The notes below the pieces were generated by a model. It saw nothing but the letters and a program-made list of their open reading frames with translations. It did no database searches and was not told where the DNA came from. Shown in pieces: positions 48,187 through 56,165 of a stretch of 64,000 nucleotides of DNA; the stretch's first letter is position 1; each line of letters begins with the position of its first letter. The stretch covers positions 352,001 to 416,000 of the forward strand of contig CAVYGN010000002.1 of the NCBI GenBank assembly GCA_963768055.1, read 5' to 3'. The position numbers and the translations under genes were made by a program. This stretch comes from an uncultured Spirochaetota bacterium. GTDB lineage: Bacteria > Spirochaetota > Brevinematia > Brevinematales > JAOACQ01.

Positions 48187-49977
48187 TTATTTCAGGTTCT
48201 CTTCCGCATACAACTGGAGTTCGATCAGCCTCTCGATAAGCTGCTCCCTGCCTGCTTCGGGAAAATTGGCTATTACCAATTCTTTAAAGAACAGCCTTGT
48301 GATATAACGAAGCTTGCGTATTTGATTCCTTGAAGCATAGATGAAATCGGCATGCCCGTTGTTTATAATTACGATATAATGATCAGCGTCGTACCGGCTC
48401 CGCCAGAGTTCCCCCGCAGCCCTTTGAAAGGTGTATCCGGGAAGCCCTTTCCGGTCCCCGGACTCGATCTTGCCCGTATCCTGGCGAAATAATTCTTTCG
48501 TGACGGTAATATAACATTCGGCTTTCATACTGATTTCCCCGGTGTTTATTAAAGCCTCTATCATTGCGATACCCGGTTCCATAGAGCTTTTGTATTCGGC
48601 ATAAAGGCCGGTACTTTCGCTTAAACTGCCGCCCCCATCGGCTATCCTCCAGGAAATATCGAATCCGGAGTCGAGGACTTTGCCGTTTTTATCACTCGGG
48701 ACCGCTTTTAAACGCTTCTTTTCCCCGGCATTAATTACAGCGGAACCCGGGGATATAATGAATAAATAAAGCGGACCCGGAATGTCGAAAATCTTTCCCT
48801 GAAAATTTTCTTGAGAATTATCAAGTTCGGCATAATACCCTTCCATGAATGAAGACTCGGACGGAATTTCTGTTTCATATACTTCTACTTCTTTTTTAAC
48901 GACTTCGGATTTTTTATAACTTTTTACGTTGAGCCATTCGTATTCATTTTCAGGAAGTAAGAAAAGAGCTTCCCTAATGGCTTTCGTGATCTTTTGAAGG
49001 ATCGTCCTTGACGCTTTATCTTCCTCCGCGTTTTTCTGTGCTTCGATCCTTTCATTGAGCGCCCGGGTTAAAGGTTCCATCGAGCAGAAAAAGCTTTCGT
49101 AAGCTTCGTCGTAAATGATGCCGTCCCTGGTACCGGGAGTCAATTGGAGAAATGACGCATCGACTATTCCTTCAAGGTATCCGGAAGTCCAGGGAAAAAC
49201 CGAGAACTCTTCGATCTGTGTTATCGAAGGCAATACCCTAGTTCCTGTTTTATATAATCCTACTTTATTATCCGGGGAAGGGTCAGTAAGATAAATTTCG
49301 TAATATACTTCACCAAGGGGGTTTTTAACCTCAGGCAGATTGTGAAGAAGAATGCCCTTGAATTTTCTAGGTTCGACCAGGTATTCCCTGCGTGATGTAT
49401 GATCGGTTATTTTTATTTCTGCGCCGCTTCTTGTTATGCGGTCCCTTAGTTCGGAAGCCAGGTAATTTTGTATCTTCTCGCAGGAAAGCTGCTTGATACC
49501 CGGCAAAATAGGCTTAATAAGAAGTTCCGTGCCTGTTCTTTCGAAAAGCATCCCTATTTCGTTTATCGAATAAGCCGGATTGTTTTTTACAAGTTTCATC
49601 TGGCGGCAGACGCCCTCCCCGCCGGTGGAATTAATTGTCAGTGCGCTTCCTACTGTCCAAAAACTCAATAGACCTATGCCGAACTCGCCCTGGATCCCTT
49701 TAATCCCGTCTTTTTTCAGCTTTCGCTTTATGGAGTCTCCGATATGCGTAGCTACGTATTTAAAATCGTCGATGCCATGGCCGTTGTCGATCACCTTTAA
49801 AAAAGGTTCCCCGTGAAGGCGTCCTTTGATAATATTTACATTTTTAGCACCCGCGTCGATGCTGTTCTCTACGAATTCGGCTATCGCTTTTAACGGGTTT
49901 GTCTGGGACAGAGCTATTATCGTGATCGCGTTCCAATCGTCCCCTATCCTAAGCTTCCCGGCGTTAATCTGTCCCAT
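48187..49977 (-). CDS. GHKL (HATPase_c, MORC-like) ATPase with an internal Ig-like segment
   Basis: Bergerat motifs AIAEFVENSIDAG, VIDNGHG, GEFGIG and GTEL; Ig-like ISPGSAVINAGEKKRLKA...ISWRI...GSL; C-terminal IINNGHADF. Confidence 0.85.
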   Translation of the reverse strand: MGQINAGKLRIGDDWNAITIIALSQTNPLKAIAEFVENSIDAGAKNVNIIKGRLHGEPFLKVIDNGHGIDDFKYVATHIGDSIKRKLKKDGIKGIQGEFGIGLLSFWTVGSALTINSTGGEGVCRQMKLVKNNPAYSINEIGMLFERTGTELLIKPILPGIKQLSCEKIQNYLASELRDRITRSGAEIKITDHTSRREYLVEPRKFKGILLHNLPEVKNPLGEVYYEIYLTDPSPDNKVGLYKTGTRVLPSITQIEEFSVFPWTSGYLEGIVDASFLQLTPGTRDGIIYDEAYESFFCSMEPLTRALNERIEAQKNAEEDKASRTILQKITKAIREALFLLPENEYEWLNVKSYKKSEVVKKEVEVYETEIPSESSFMEGYYAELDNSQENFQGKIFDIPGPLYLFIISPGSAVINAGEKKRLKAVPSDKNGKVLDSGFDISWRIADGGGSLSESTGLYAEYKSSMEPGIAMIEALINTGEISMKAECYITVTKELFRQDTGKIESGDRKGLPGYTFQRAAGELWRSRYDADHYIVIINNGHADFIYASRNQIRKLRYITRLFFKELVIANFPEAGREQLIERLIELQLYAEENLK

Positions 49978-50151
49978 TCAACCTCTTGAATATCAATTGT
50001 TTGATAAATATGTTAGCTTTAAACAGTTAAATAATCAAGCTTAAAATCACCTTATGCGCTTTTCAATTTTCAATCTGCCCGAAGCACTTCTGAATAATTA
50101 TTTGAATTCCCTTTGATCATTGGTTATATTATATAAAAAAAGGAGGCGTTT

Positions 50152-50367
50152 ATGGCCGATGAAATTGAAAAGAAAGATGAATGTCACCATCATCATGGCG
50201 GCGACAAGGGATTCTGGGGCGGGGCTTATTTTTTGACCATTATCGGCGCGGCAGTTTATTTTATAGAACATGCAGCCGGGTTCTGGTCAGGCGTGTTCGG
50301 TGTGCTGAAAGCACTAATATGGCCTGCGCTGGTTATCTATAAGGTCCTCGAATCGCTGAAAATGTAA
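50152..50367 (+). CDS. Small membrane protein with a CHHHH motif
   Basis: Strong AGGAGG SD and two hydrophobic helices; 71 aa. Confidence 0.75.
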   Translation: MADEIEKKDECHHHHGGDKGFWGGAYFLTIIGAAVYFIEHAAGFWSGVFGVLKALIWPALVIYKVLESLKM

Positions 50368-50377
50368 CCGCAGGCCC

Positions 50378-51124
50378 TTGTTGAATTCATGTCGCATCCG
50401 TTATTACGGCGACCTTAAAGAATTGCTGTCCAGGGAAAAAAGAGAGAGGGGAGAGGTATTGTTCACCGGCTCACCCGGGATAAAGGATATTGTCGAAGCG
50501 GATGGAATTCCTCATACCGAAGTGGGCCTTATCATAGCAAACGGCGAGTCTGCCGGCTGGGCATACAGATTGAAGGATCGCGATTACTGTTCAGTTTACC
50601 CTTACTTTAGCAATATAGAGGTAGAGGGCGTGAGCCGGGTGCTCGAACCTGAATATCCAAGGGGAAGATTCGTAATTGACGTACACCTCGGAAAGCTCTG
50701 CAAATATTTAAGAATGCTGGGCTTAGATGCAGCCTTCAACCCCGAATGGAGCGATTCGGAACTGATTGACATATCGAATGACGAATTCAGGTTTATTCTC
50801 ACCCGGGATAGGGGAATTTTAAAAAACGGAGCTACCCGCTACGGCTGCCTTATCAGATCGATCTATCCCCATAATCAGATCCGCCAGGTGCTTGACCGTT
50901 TCGATCTTTATAACAGGCTTTATCCGCTGGTCAGGTGTCTTAAGTGCAACGGAGATATAATTAGCGTCCCGACCCTTTCAGTGATTGACGGCATCCCTGA
51001 GAATACAAAAAAATATTATCAGGATTTCTACAGGTGTTCTTCATGCGGCACCGTATACTGGCGCGGCTCCCACTATGAAAACATGAAAAAAATGATCGAA
51101 CACTTTTTTGCCCTGAATTTATAA
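50378..51124 (+). CDS. Mut7-C (PIN-fold) RNase with an N-terminal ubiquitin-like domain
   Basis: IKDIVEADGIPHTEV (ubiquitin-like), FVIDVHLGKLCKYLRMLGLD, ILTRDRG, and the Zn ribbon RCLKCN...CSSCGTVYWRGSH. Confidence 0.9.
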   Translation: MLNSCRIRYYGDLKELLSREKRERGEVLFTGSPGIKDIVEADGIPHTEVGLIIANGESAGWAYRLKDRDYCSVYPYFSNIEVEGVSRVLEPEYPRGRFVIDVHLGKLCKYLRMLGLDAAFNPEWSDSELIDISNDEFRFILTRDRGILKNGATRYGCLIRSIYPHNQIRQVLDRFDLYNRLYPLVRCLKCNGDIISVPTLSVIDGIPENTKKYYQDFYRCSSCGTVYWRGSHYENMKKMIEHFFALNL

Positions 51125-51167
51125 CAATGCTATAATAATTGCTTAAAAATTCAGGAGGAAAACAGGA

Positions 51168-51779
51168 ATGCCGAAAGTGGTTCTTTTTGATCTCGGTAAT
51201 GTGGTTATAACTTATTCTCTTCAGAAGACACTGGAAAGATGGACAAAGGTGAGCGGTATACCCGCGAAGGTAATACTTTCAAGGTTCGACTTCAACGATG
51301 AGACTTTCCATAGGTTTGAAAGGGGAGAAATATCCCAGGAAAGATTTAAAAAGTATATCTCGGAAAAGGTCGGTTATAAATTTACAGATCTTGAATTCGA
51401 ACAGTGTTTTAACGCCATGTTCATCGAAGTAATGCCGGGAATAGAGAAAGTGATGCACTCGCTTAAACCCTGTTATAGGATCGCCGTTCTTTCAAACACA
51501 AACGAGATCCATGAAAAATTCTTTATGGAAAAATATAACAAGGCCCTTTCCTGTTTCGACAAACTCTTCTTCTCGCATAAGATACGAACAAGAAAACCTG
51601 AAAGGGCTGCTTTCGATACCGTGATCGACTATTTCAAAGTAACCCCTTCCGAAATTCTTTTTTTTGACGATAACCCGGAAAATGTTAGAAAGGCTTCCAG
51701 CTTCGGTATAAAAAGCACACTGGTAAATTCAATCGAAGATATAAAAAACGGACTTGAGAACGCCGGCATATCGGTATGA
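51168..51779 (+). CDS. HAD-superfamily phosphatase (YihX-like)
   Basis: FDLGNV, LSNTN, RKPE and FFDD motifs. Confidence 0.9.
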   Translation: MPKVVLFDLGNVVITYSLQKTLERWTKVSGIPAKVILSRFDFNDETFHRFERGEISQERFKKYISEKVGYKFTDLEFEQCFNAMFIEVMPGIEKVMHSLKPCYRIAVLSNTNEIHEKFFMEKYNKALSCFDKLFFSHKIRTRKPERAAFDTVIDYFKVTPSEILFFDDNPENVRKASSFGIKSTLVNSIEDIKNGLENAGISV

Positions 51780-52705
51780 GATTCCTTTACGCCGCGGCCG
51801 TAATTTTATTTTTTCATGAGCTTATATTTCCGGTCCGGCTTACCAATACAGTCATTCCACCCATGAAACCGGTCTTATCTTATAAGATCGTCAGTTTTTA
51901 TCTGAAAAACGATCCATCCATTATTATAACCAGGAAAATAAAGACCCACTCAGGAGTCTTCTATTACTATATAAACATGGACACCCTGCGTTTCGGACTT
52001 ACCGACGAATGGAAGATGGAAGATTTCACGAACATTGACGATGGGAAAGACCGTAAATTTACCGGTCTCAAAAAGTTGCAGGCGTCACTGAGACAACCCT
52101 TCGGCACCGACCTGGAAAGATTTCCACCGGATAATTTCACAAATATAGTGCTGACTTCCGACCTCTGCCCCACTTCAAAACAGTTTGCCAGGAAATTTTA
52201 TAAAAGTCTTATAAAATTCGGCAACCGTACGGGAAAGACTGTGCCTGTAGTGATCTTTTTTTCGGGCAGGTGGATAGAAAAGCACCCCCTCAATTTAGAG
52301 GAAATAAAAAAATACCCAATAGATTTTATCGCAGGGAACCATACTTATAGCCATCCTGTAATCAGCGGCGGTTTTCTTCAAGAAATTTTGACCTCCGAAG
52401 CGACAAACACCGAACGGATAATGCTGGAAAACGGGATATTGCCGTCCTATCTTTTCCGCTTCCCAGGGCTTCGGCATACTCCGTCGGATATCGCTTGCCT
52501 TAATTCAATAAACATCATCGCACTCGATGCAAATGTCTGGATGGGGGAACATGTCAGCAATTGGAACGTACTCCTTGTTCATTCGAATGGAAACGCCCTT
52601 ACAGAAGTGGATCTATTCACAAATTTCATTGAGCTCCCGGGAAACATTATTTTTTCTGACATTTTTAGCTACATGAATCGCCATTTAATTTCGAATAATA
52701 AATAA
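51776..52705 (+). CDS. Exported polysaccharide deacetylase-like protein
   Basis: Signal peptide; LTSDLCP, FFSGRW, NHTYSHP, FRFPGL and LVHSNGN. Confidence 0.75.
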   Translation: MRFLYAAAVILFFHELIFPVRLTNTVIPPMKPVLSYKIVSFYLKNDPSIIITRKIKTHSGVFYYYINMDTLRFGLTDEWKMEDFTNIDDGKDRKFTGLKKLQASLRQPFGTDLERFPPDNFTNIVLTSDLCPTSKQFARKFYKSLIKFGNRTGKTVPVVIFFSGRWIEKHPLNLEEIKKYPIDFIAGNHTYSHPVISGGFLQEILTSEATNTERIMLENGILPSYLFRFPGLRHTPSDIACLNSINIIALDANVWMGEHVSNWNVLLVHSNGNALTEVDLFTNFIELPGNIIFSDIFSYMNRHLISNNK

Positions 52706-52710
52706 TATAA

Positions 52711-52823
52711 GGGCAGTTCTAATAACTAACATTGTTGATAACAATTAGCATTCTAATTGTTTATAATTTGCCCTATGGGCGCTTGTGCCCGAAGGGCTTG
52801 TCCGGGGGTTATTAGAAGCGACC
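52711..52823 (-). mobile_element. MITE-like element, family B, copy 2
   Basis: Terminal repeats GGGCAGTTCTAATAAC and GTTATTAGAAGCGACC; its reverse complement is colinear with 484-605. Confidence 0.6.
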
Positions 52824-52900
52824 ATAAATTAGTAACATAATTCTTATGACATTTTTCTCTTCTCCATATATAATATAAAAACAAGCAAGGGAGGCTTTAC

Positions 52901-54262
52901 ATGGAAAAGCCCCTGGTCCTCGTAATCGACGATGAAAAAAATATAAGGGAAGCTCTGAAAAGCGGCTTGAAGATGGAAGGGTTTGAGGTTTACGCCTCTG
53001 AAGACGGAGCGGACGGGCTTGAAAAACTAAAAACAATAGGCGCCGACGCTGTTGTACTGGATTTAAAAATGCCAAGGCTCGGCGGCCTGGATTTCCTCAA
53101 ACAGGCCCACAACCTGGGCATAGAAGCCCCTATTCTTATATTGACAGGCCATGGAGGAGTTGACGAGGCTGTAGAAACGATGAAGAGAGGGGCTTACGAT
53201 TTTCTTACCAAGCCCGTCAATCTTGATAAATTATCCCTTCTCCTGAAGCGTTCCATTGAAGAAACCCGTTTGAAGAACAGGCGGGACCAGCTTGAGGAAA
53301 TGCTCGACGAAAGGTACAGCTTCCCTAATATTATAGGCACATCAAAGCCCTTTATGAAAGTCCTTCAGATCGTTAAACAGGTAGCTCCTACGGACGCTGC
53401 GGTACTTATTACAGGAGACAGCGGCACAGGAAAGGAAGTCATAGCTAACAGCATCCATTTGAACAGCAAACGCAGGGATGGCCCGTATATCAAGGTCCAC
53501 TGCGCGGCTCTCCCTGAGACTCTTCTTGAAAGCGAACTGTTCGGGCATGAAAAGGGAGCCTTTACCGGCGCAATCGCTAGGAAGAAGGGCAGATTCGAGC
53601 TTTCGGACGGCGGAACGATTTTTCTCGACGAGATAGGTGAAATTTCGCTTAATATGCAGGTCAAGCTCTTGAGGGTCCTCCAGGAACAGGAATTCGAAAG
53701 GGTCGGAGGCGAGGAAACTTTAAAGGTAAATATCAGGCTGATCACCGCAACGAATAAAAATTTAAAAAAATTGATGACGGAATCTAAATTCAGGGAAGAC
53801 CTTTATTACCGCCTAAACATAGTAAATATATACCTCCCTGCGCTTAAAGACAGGCATGGAGACGTGCCCCTTTTCTGCGATTATTTTGTCAAGTTTTATT
53901 CGCGCAAGCATAACAGGAATATACGCGGATTCAGTCCGAAAGCGCTCAGATACATGGAAAATTATACATGGCCGGGAAATGTCCGGGAACTCCAGAACCT
54001 GACAGAAAATCTTGTCGTACTATGCAATAACGATCTGATATCCGAGGAAATGCTTCCGGATTATATTACCGGCAGCGCAGCTCAGAAGAATCTGGTTATC
54101 GAGATAGGTTCCTCAATGGAGGAAATAGAGAAAAACGCCATAATGGCTACTCTTGACTTCACAGGCCGGAATAAATCCCGGGCGGCCAAGATCCTTAACA
54201 TAGGGAGGAAAACCCTTCTCCGCAAGCTTGAAGAATATGGGGAGGAAAAGACTACTGTTTGA
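52901..54262 (+). CDS. Sigma54-dependent NtrC-family response regulator
   Basis: Receiver domain (IDDE, LDLKMP, TGHG, KP), AAA+ GDSGTGKE, GAFTGA, FLDEIGE, WPGNVREL and a Fis-type HTH. Confidence 0.96.
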   Translation: MEKPLVLVIDDEKNIREALKSGLKMEGFEVYASEDGADGLEKLKTIGADAVVLDLKMPRLGGLDFLKQAHNLGIEAPILILTGHGGVDEAVETMKRGAYDFLTKPVNLDKLSLLLKRSIEETRLKNRRDQLEEMLDERYSFPNIIGTSKPFMKVLQIVKQVAPTDAAVLITGDSGTGKEVIANSIHLNSKRRDGPYIKVHCAALPETLLESELFGHEKGAFTGAIARKKGRFELSDGGTIFLDEIGEISLNMQVKLLRVLQEQEFERVGGEETLKVNIRLITATNKNLKKLMTESKFREDLYYRLNIVNIYLPALKDRHGDVPLFCDYFVKFYSRKHNRNIRGFSPKALRYMENYTWPGNVRELQNLTENLVVLCNNDLISEEMLPDYITGSAAQKNLVIEIGSSMEEIEKNAIMATLDFTGRNKSRAAKILNIGRKTLLRKLEEYGEEKTTV

Positions 54263-54281
54263 TTTTTTTTAGGGGGAAAAT

Positions 54282-55469
54282 ATGGATCTCAGTAAAGATT
54301 TTATGACGGTAGAGATATACACTAATTTCCTGTATCCCGGGATGATCCTGAAAGGCGATGGTTTCGATGAAAATGAAAACAAGATCATCGAAAAGGAAGT
54401 GCCTATCCCGAGAAACCTCATAGTGGATTTAAAGAATAAAGGGGTGCTGAAAATACATTACACCAGGACAAAACTAAAGCTCAAAAAAAACCTGACGAAA
54501 TCGATGATTGCAGACCAGCATCTTGAAAAGGCGGTCTCCGTAATAGAAGATCTCCAGGGGCTCATAAAAAACGAGGGCACCAAAAGCCAGCTCCCTGCCC
54601 CGGAAATAGAGGAAGTTGTCGATAATTTTATCTCCGATATAAAGCAAAACAGCGACGCTTATCTTAACCTGCTTGACATTTACGATATGGACGATTATAC
54701 ATTCACGCATTCTGTAAACGTGTCCGCAATATCGATCCTCCTAGGCCTTTCACTTGGAATGGAGGGGGATAAGATCAAGATCCTGGGTATTTCAGGACTC
54801 CTGCATGATGTCGGCAAGACCCTGATATCGGAAAAGATAATCGAAAAAGCATCCTCGCTGACCGCAGACGAATGGAAGATCATGAAAAACCACCCCATTT
54901 TCGGTTACAATATCCTGCACGCTTCAAATTGCTTCGGGTCTCTTGTGGAAAATGCGGTCCTCTGCCACCACGAGAATTTCACCGGCGGCGGATACCCCCT
55001 TGGTATTACTAATGATAAGCAGAATCCCTATTGCCAGATAGTTTCGATCGCCGACGTGTTCGACGCGATGACAAGCAAGAGGCCATACAAAAAGCCAGTA
55101 CCGTTCCATGAGGCCTTTACTTATTTCATGGAGAATTCGGGCAAAAAGTTCAATCCGGCGTTCGCCCAGGTATTCATGAGGGATATGTCGAGGAAATTGA
55201 ATGAGGAACCGATTTATCCTGTAAATTCTTTTGTGCTTATCAATACAGGGGAAATCGCCTATGTCGTCGGCCACAGGGTAAGCCAGTATTCCCTGAGACC
55301 TATTGTCAACATTTTCCTGTCCCCCGGCATGAAAGAAAGGGGCATAGATAATCTGGCGAAACATCCCATACAGATCGATCTCGAGGGCGACTATACCCGC
55401 TTTATTGTAAAAAGGATTACGGATGAGGCTCAGATAGAAGCTTTCAACAGGATCATAAACAGCATTTAA
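54282..55469 (+). CDS. HD-GYP domain protein (putative cyclic dinucleotide phosphodiesterase)
   Basis: THSVNV, LLHDVGK, HHENFTGGGYP and IADVFDAMTSKRPYK. Confidence 0.92.
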   Translation: MDLSKDFMTVEIYTNFLYPGMILKGDGFDENENKIIEKEVPIPRNLIVDLKNKGVLKIHYTRTKLKLKKNLTKSMIADQHLEKAVSVIEDLQGLIKNEGTKSQLPAPEIEEVVDNFISDIKQNSDAYLNLLDIYDMDDYTFTHSVNVSAISILLGLSLGMEGDKIKILGISGLLHDVGKTLISEKIIEKASSLTADEWKIMKNHPIFGYNILHASNCFGSLVENAVLCHHENFTGGGYPLGITNDKQNPYCQIVSIADVFDAMTSKRPYKKPVPFHEAFTYFMENSGKKFNPAFAQVFMRDMSRKLNEEPIYPVNSFVLINTGEIAYVVGHRVSQYSLRPIVNIFLSPGMKERGIDNLAKHPIQIDLEGDYTRFIVKRITDEAQIEAFNRIINSI

Positions 55470-55479
55470 CGGATCGAAC

Positions 55480-56148
55480 ATGAAAACATTTATGCCGACA
55501 GAAAAACTTTTATTGATCCTCGATATCCTGAAAAGCGAATATCCCTCATGGCATGCTCCAATCGTTACATATATTAAAAATTCCCGCGGCACTGCATTTA
55601 AGATTCTCATATCGACCATCATCAGCCAGAGGACCAAGGATGAAACTACGGCGGGGGCGGTTTCGAGGCTTTTCTCCACCGCTAAAACACCAATCGAAAT
55701 GACCCGGCTTGATGAAGAAAAAATAAGAGGGCTCATCTACCCTGCAGGCTTTTACAAAGTAAAGGCCTCGAGGATCCTTGAAATTTCAAAAATACTTAAG
55801 GATCATTATAAATCAATTGTCCCGGACAGTATTGAAGAGCTGTTAAAGCTTCCGGGGGTGGGAAGAAAAACCGCAAATCTTGTCTTAACTCTCGGTTACG
55901 GCAAACCGGGTATATGTGTAGATACCCACGTTCACAGGATTTCTAACCGCTGGGGATATGTCAGGACAAAAAAACCGGATGAAACCGAGGCCGAATTGAG
56001 GAAAAAGCTTCCGGAGGAGTGGTGGATCCCCTATAACGATATACTTGTCGCATTCGGCCAGACATATTGCAGGCCTATCTCGCCATTATGCTCCAGGTGT
56101 CCGGTTGAAAAATACTGCCCCCGCATCGGAGTTGCAAAACACCGCTAA
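55480..56148 (+). CDS. nth: Endonuclease III
   Basis: HhH LPGVGRKTAN, VDTHVHRI and the 4Fe-4S motif CRPISPLCSRCPVEKYC. Confidence 0.96.
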   Translation: MKTFMPTEKLLLILDILKSEYPSWHAPIVTYIKNSRGTAFKILISTIISQRTKDETTAGAVSRLFSTAKTPIEMTRLDEEKIRGLIYPAGFYKVKASRILEISKILKDHYKSIVPDSIEELLKLPGVGRKTANLVLTLGYGKPGICVDTHVHRISNRWGYVRTKKPDETEAELRKKLPEEWWIPYNDILVAFGQTYCRPISPLCSRCPVEKYCPRIGVAKHR

Positions 56149-56165
56149 ACACTTGTACCCTACAT

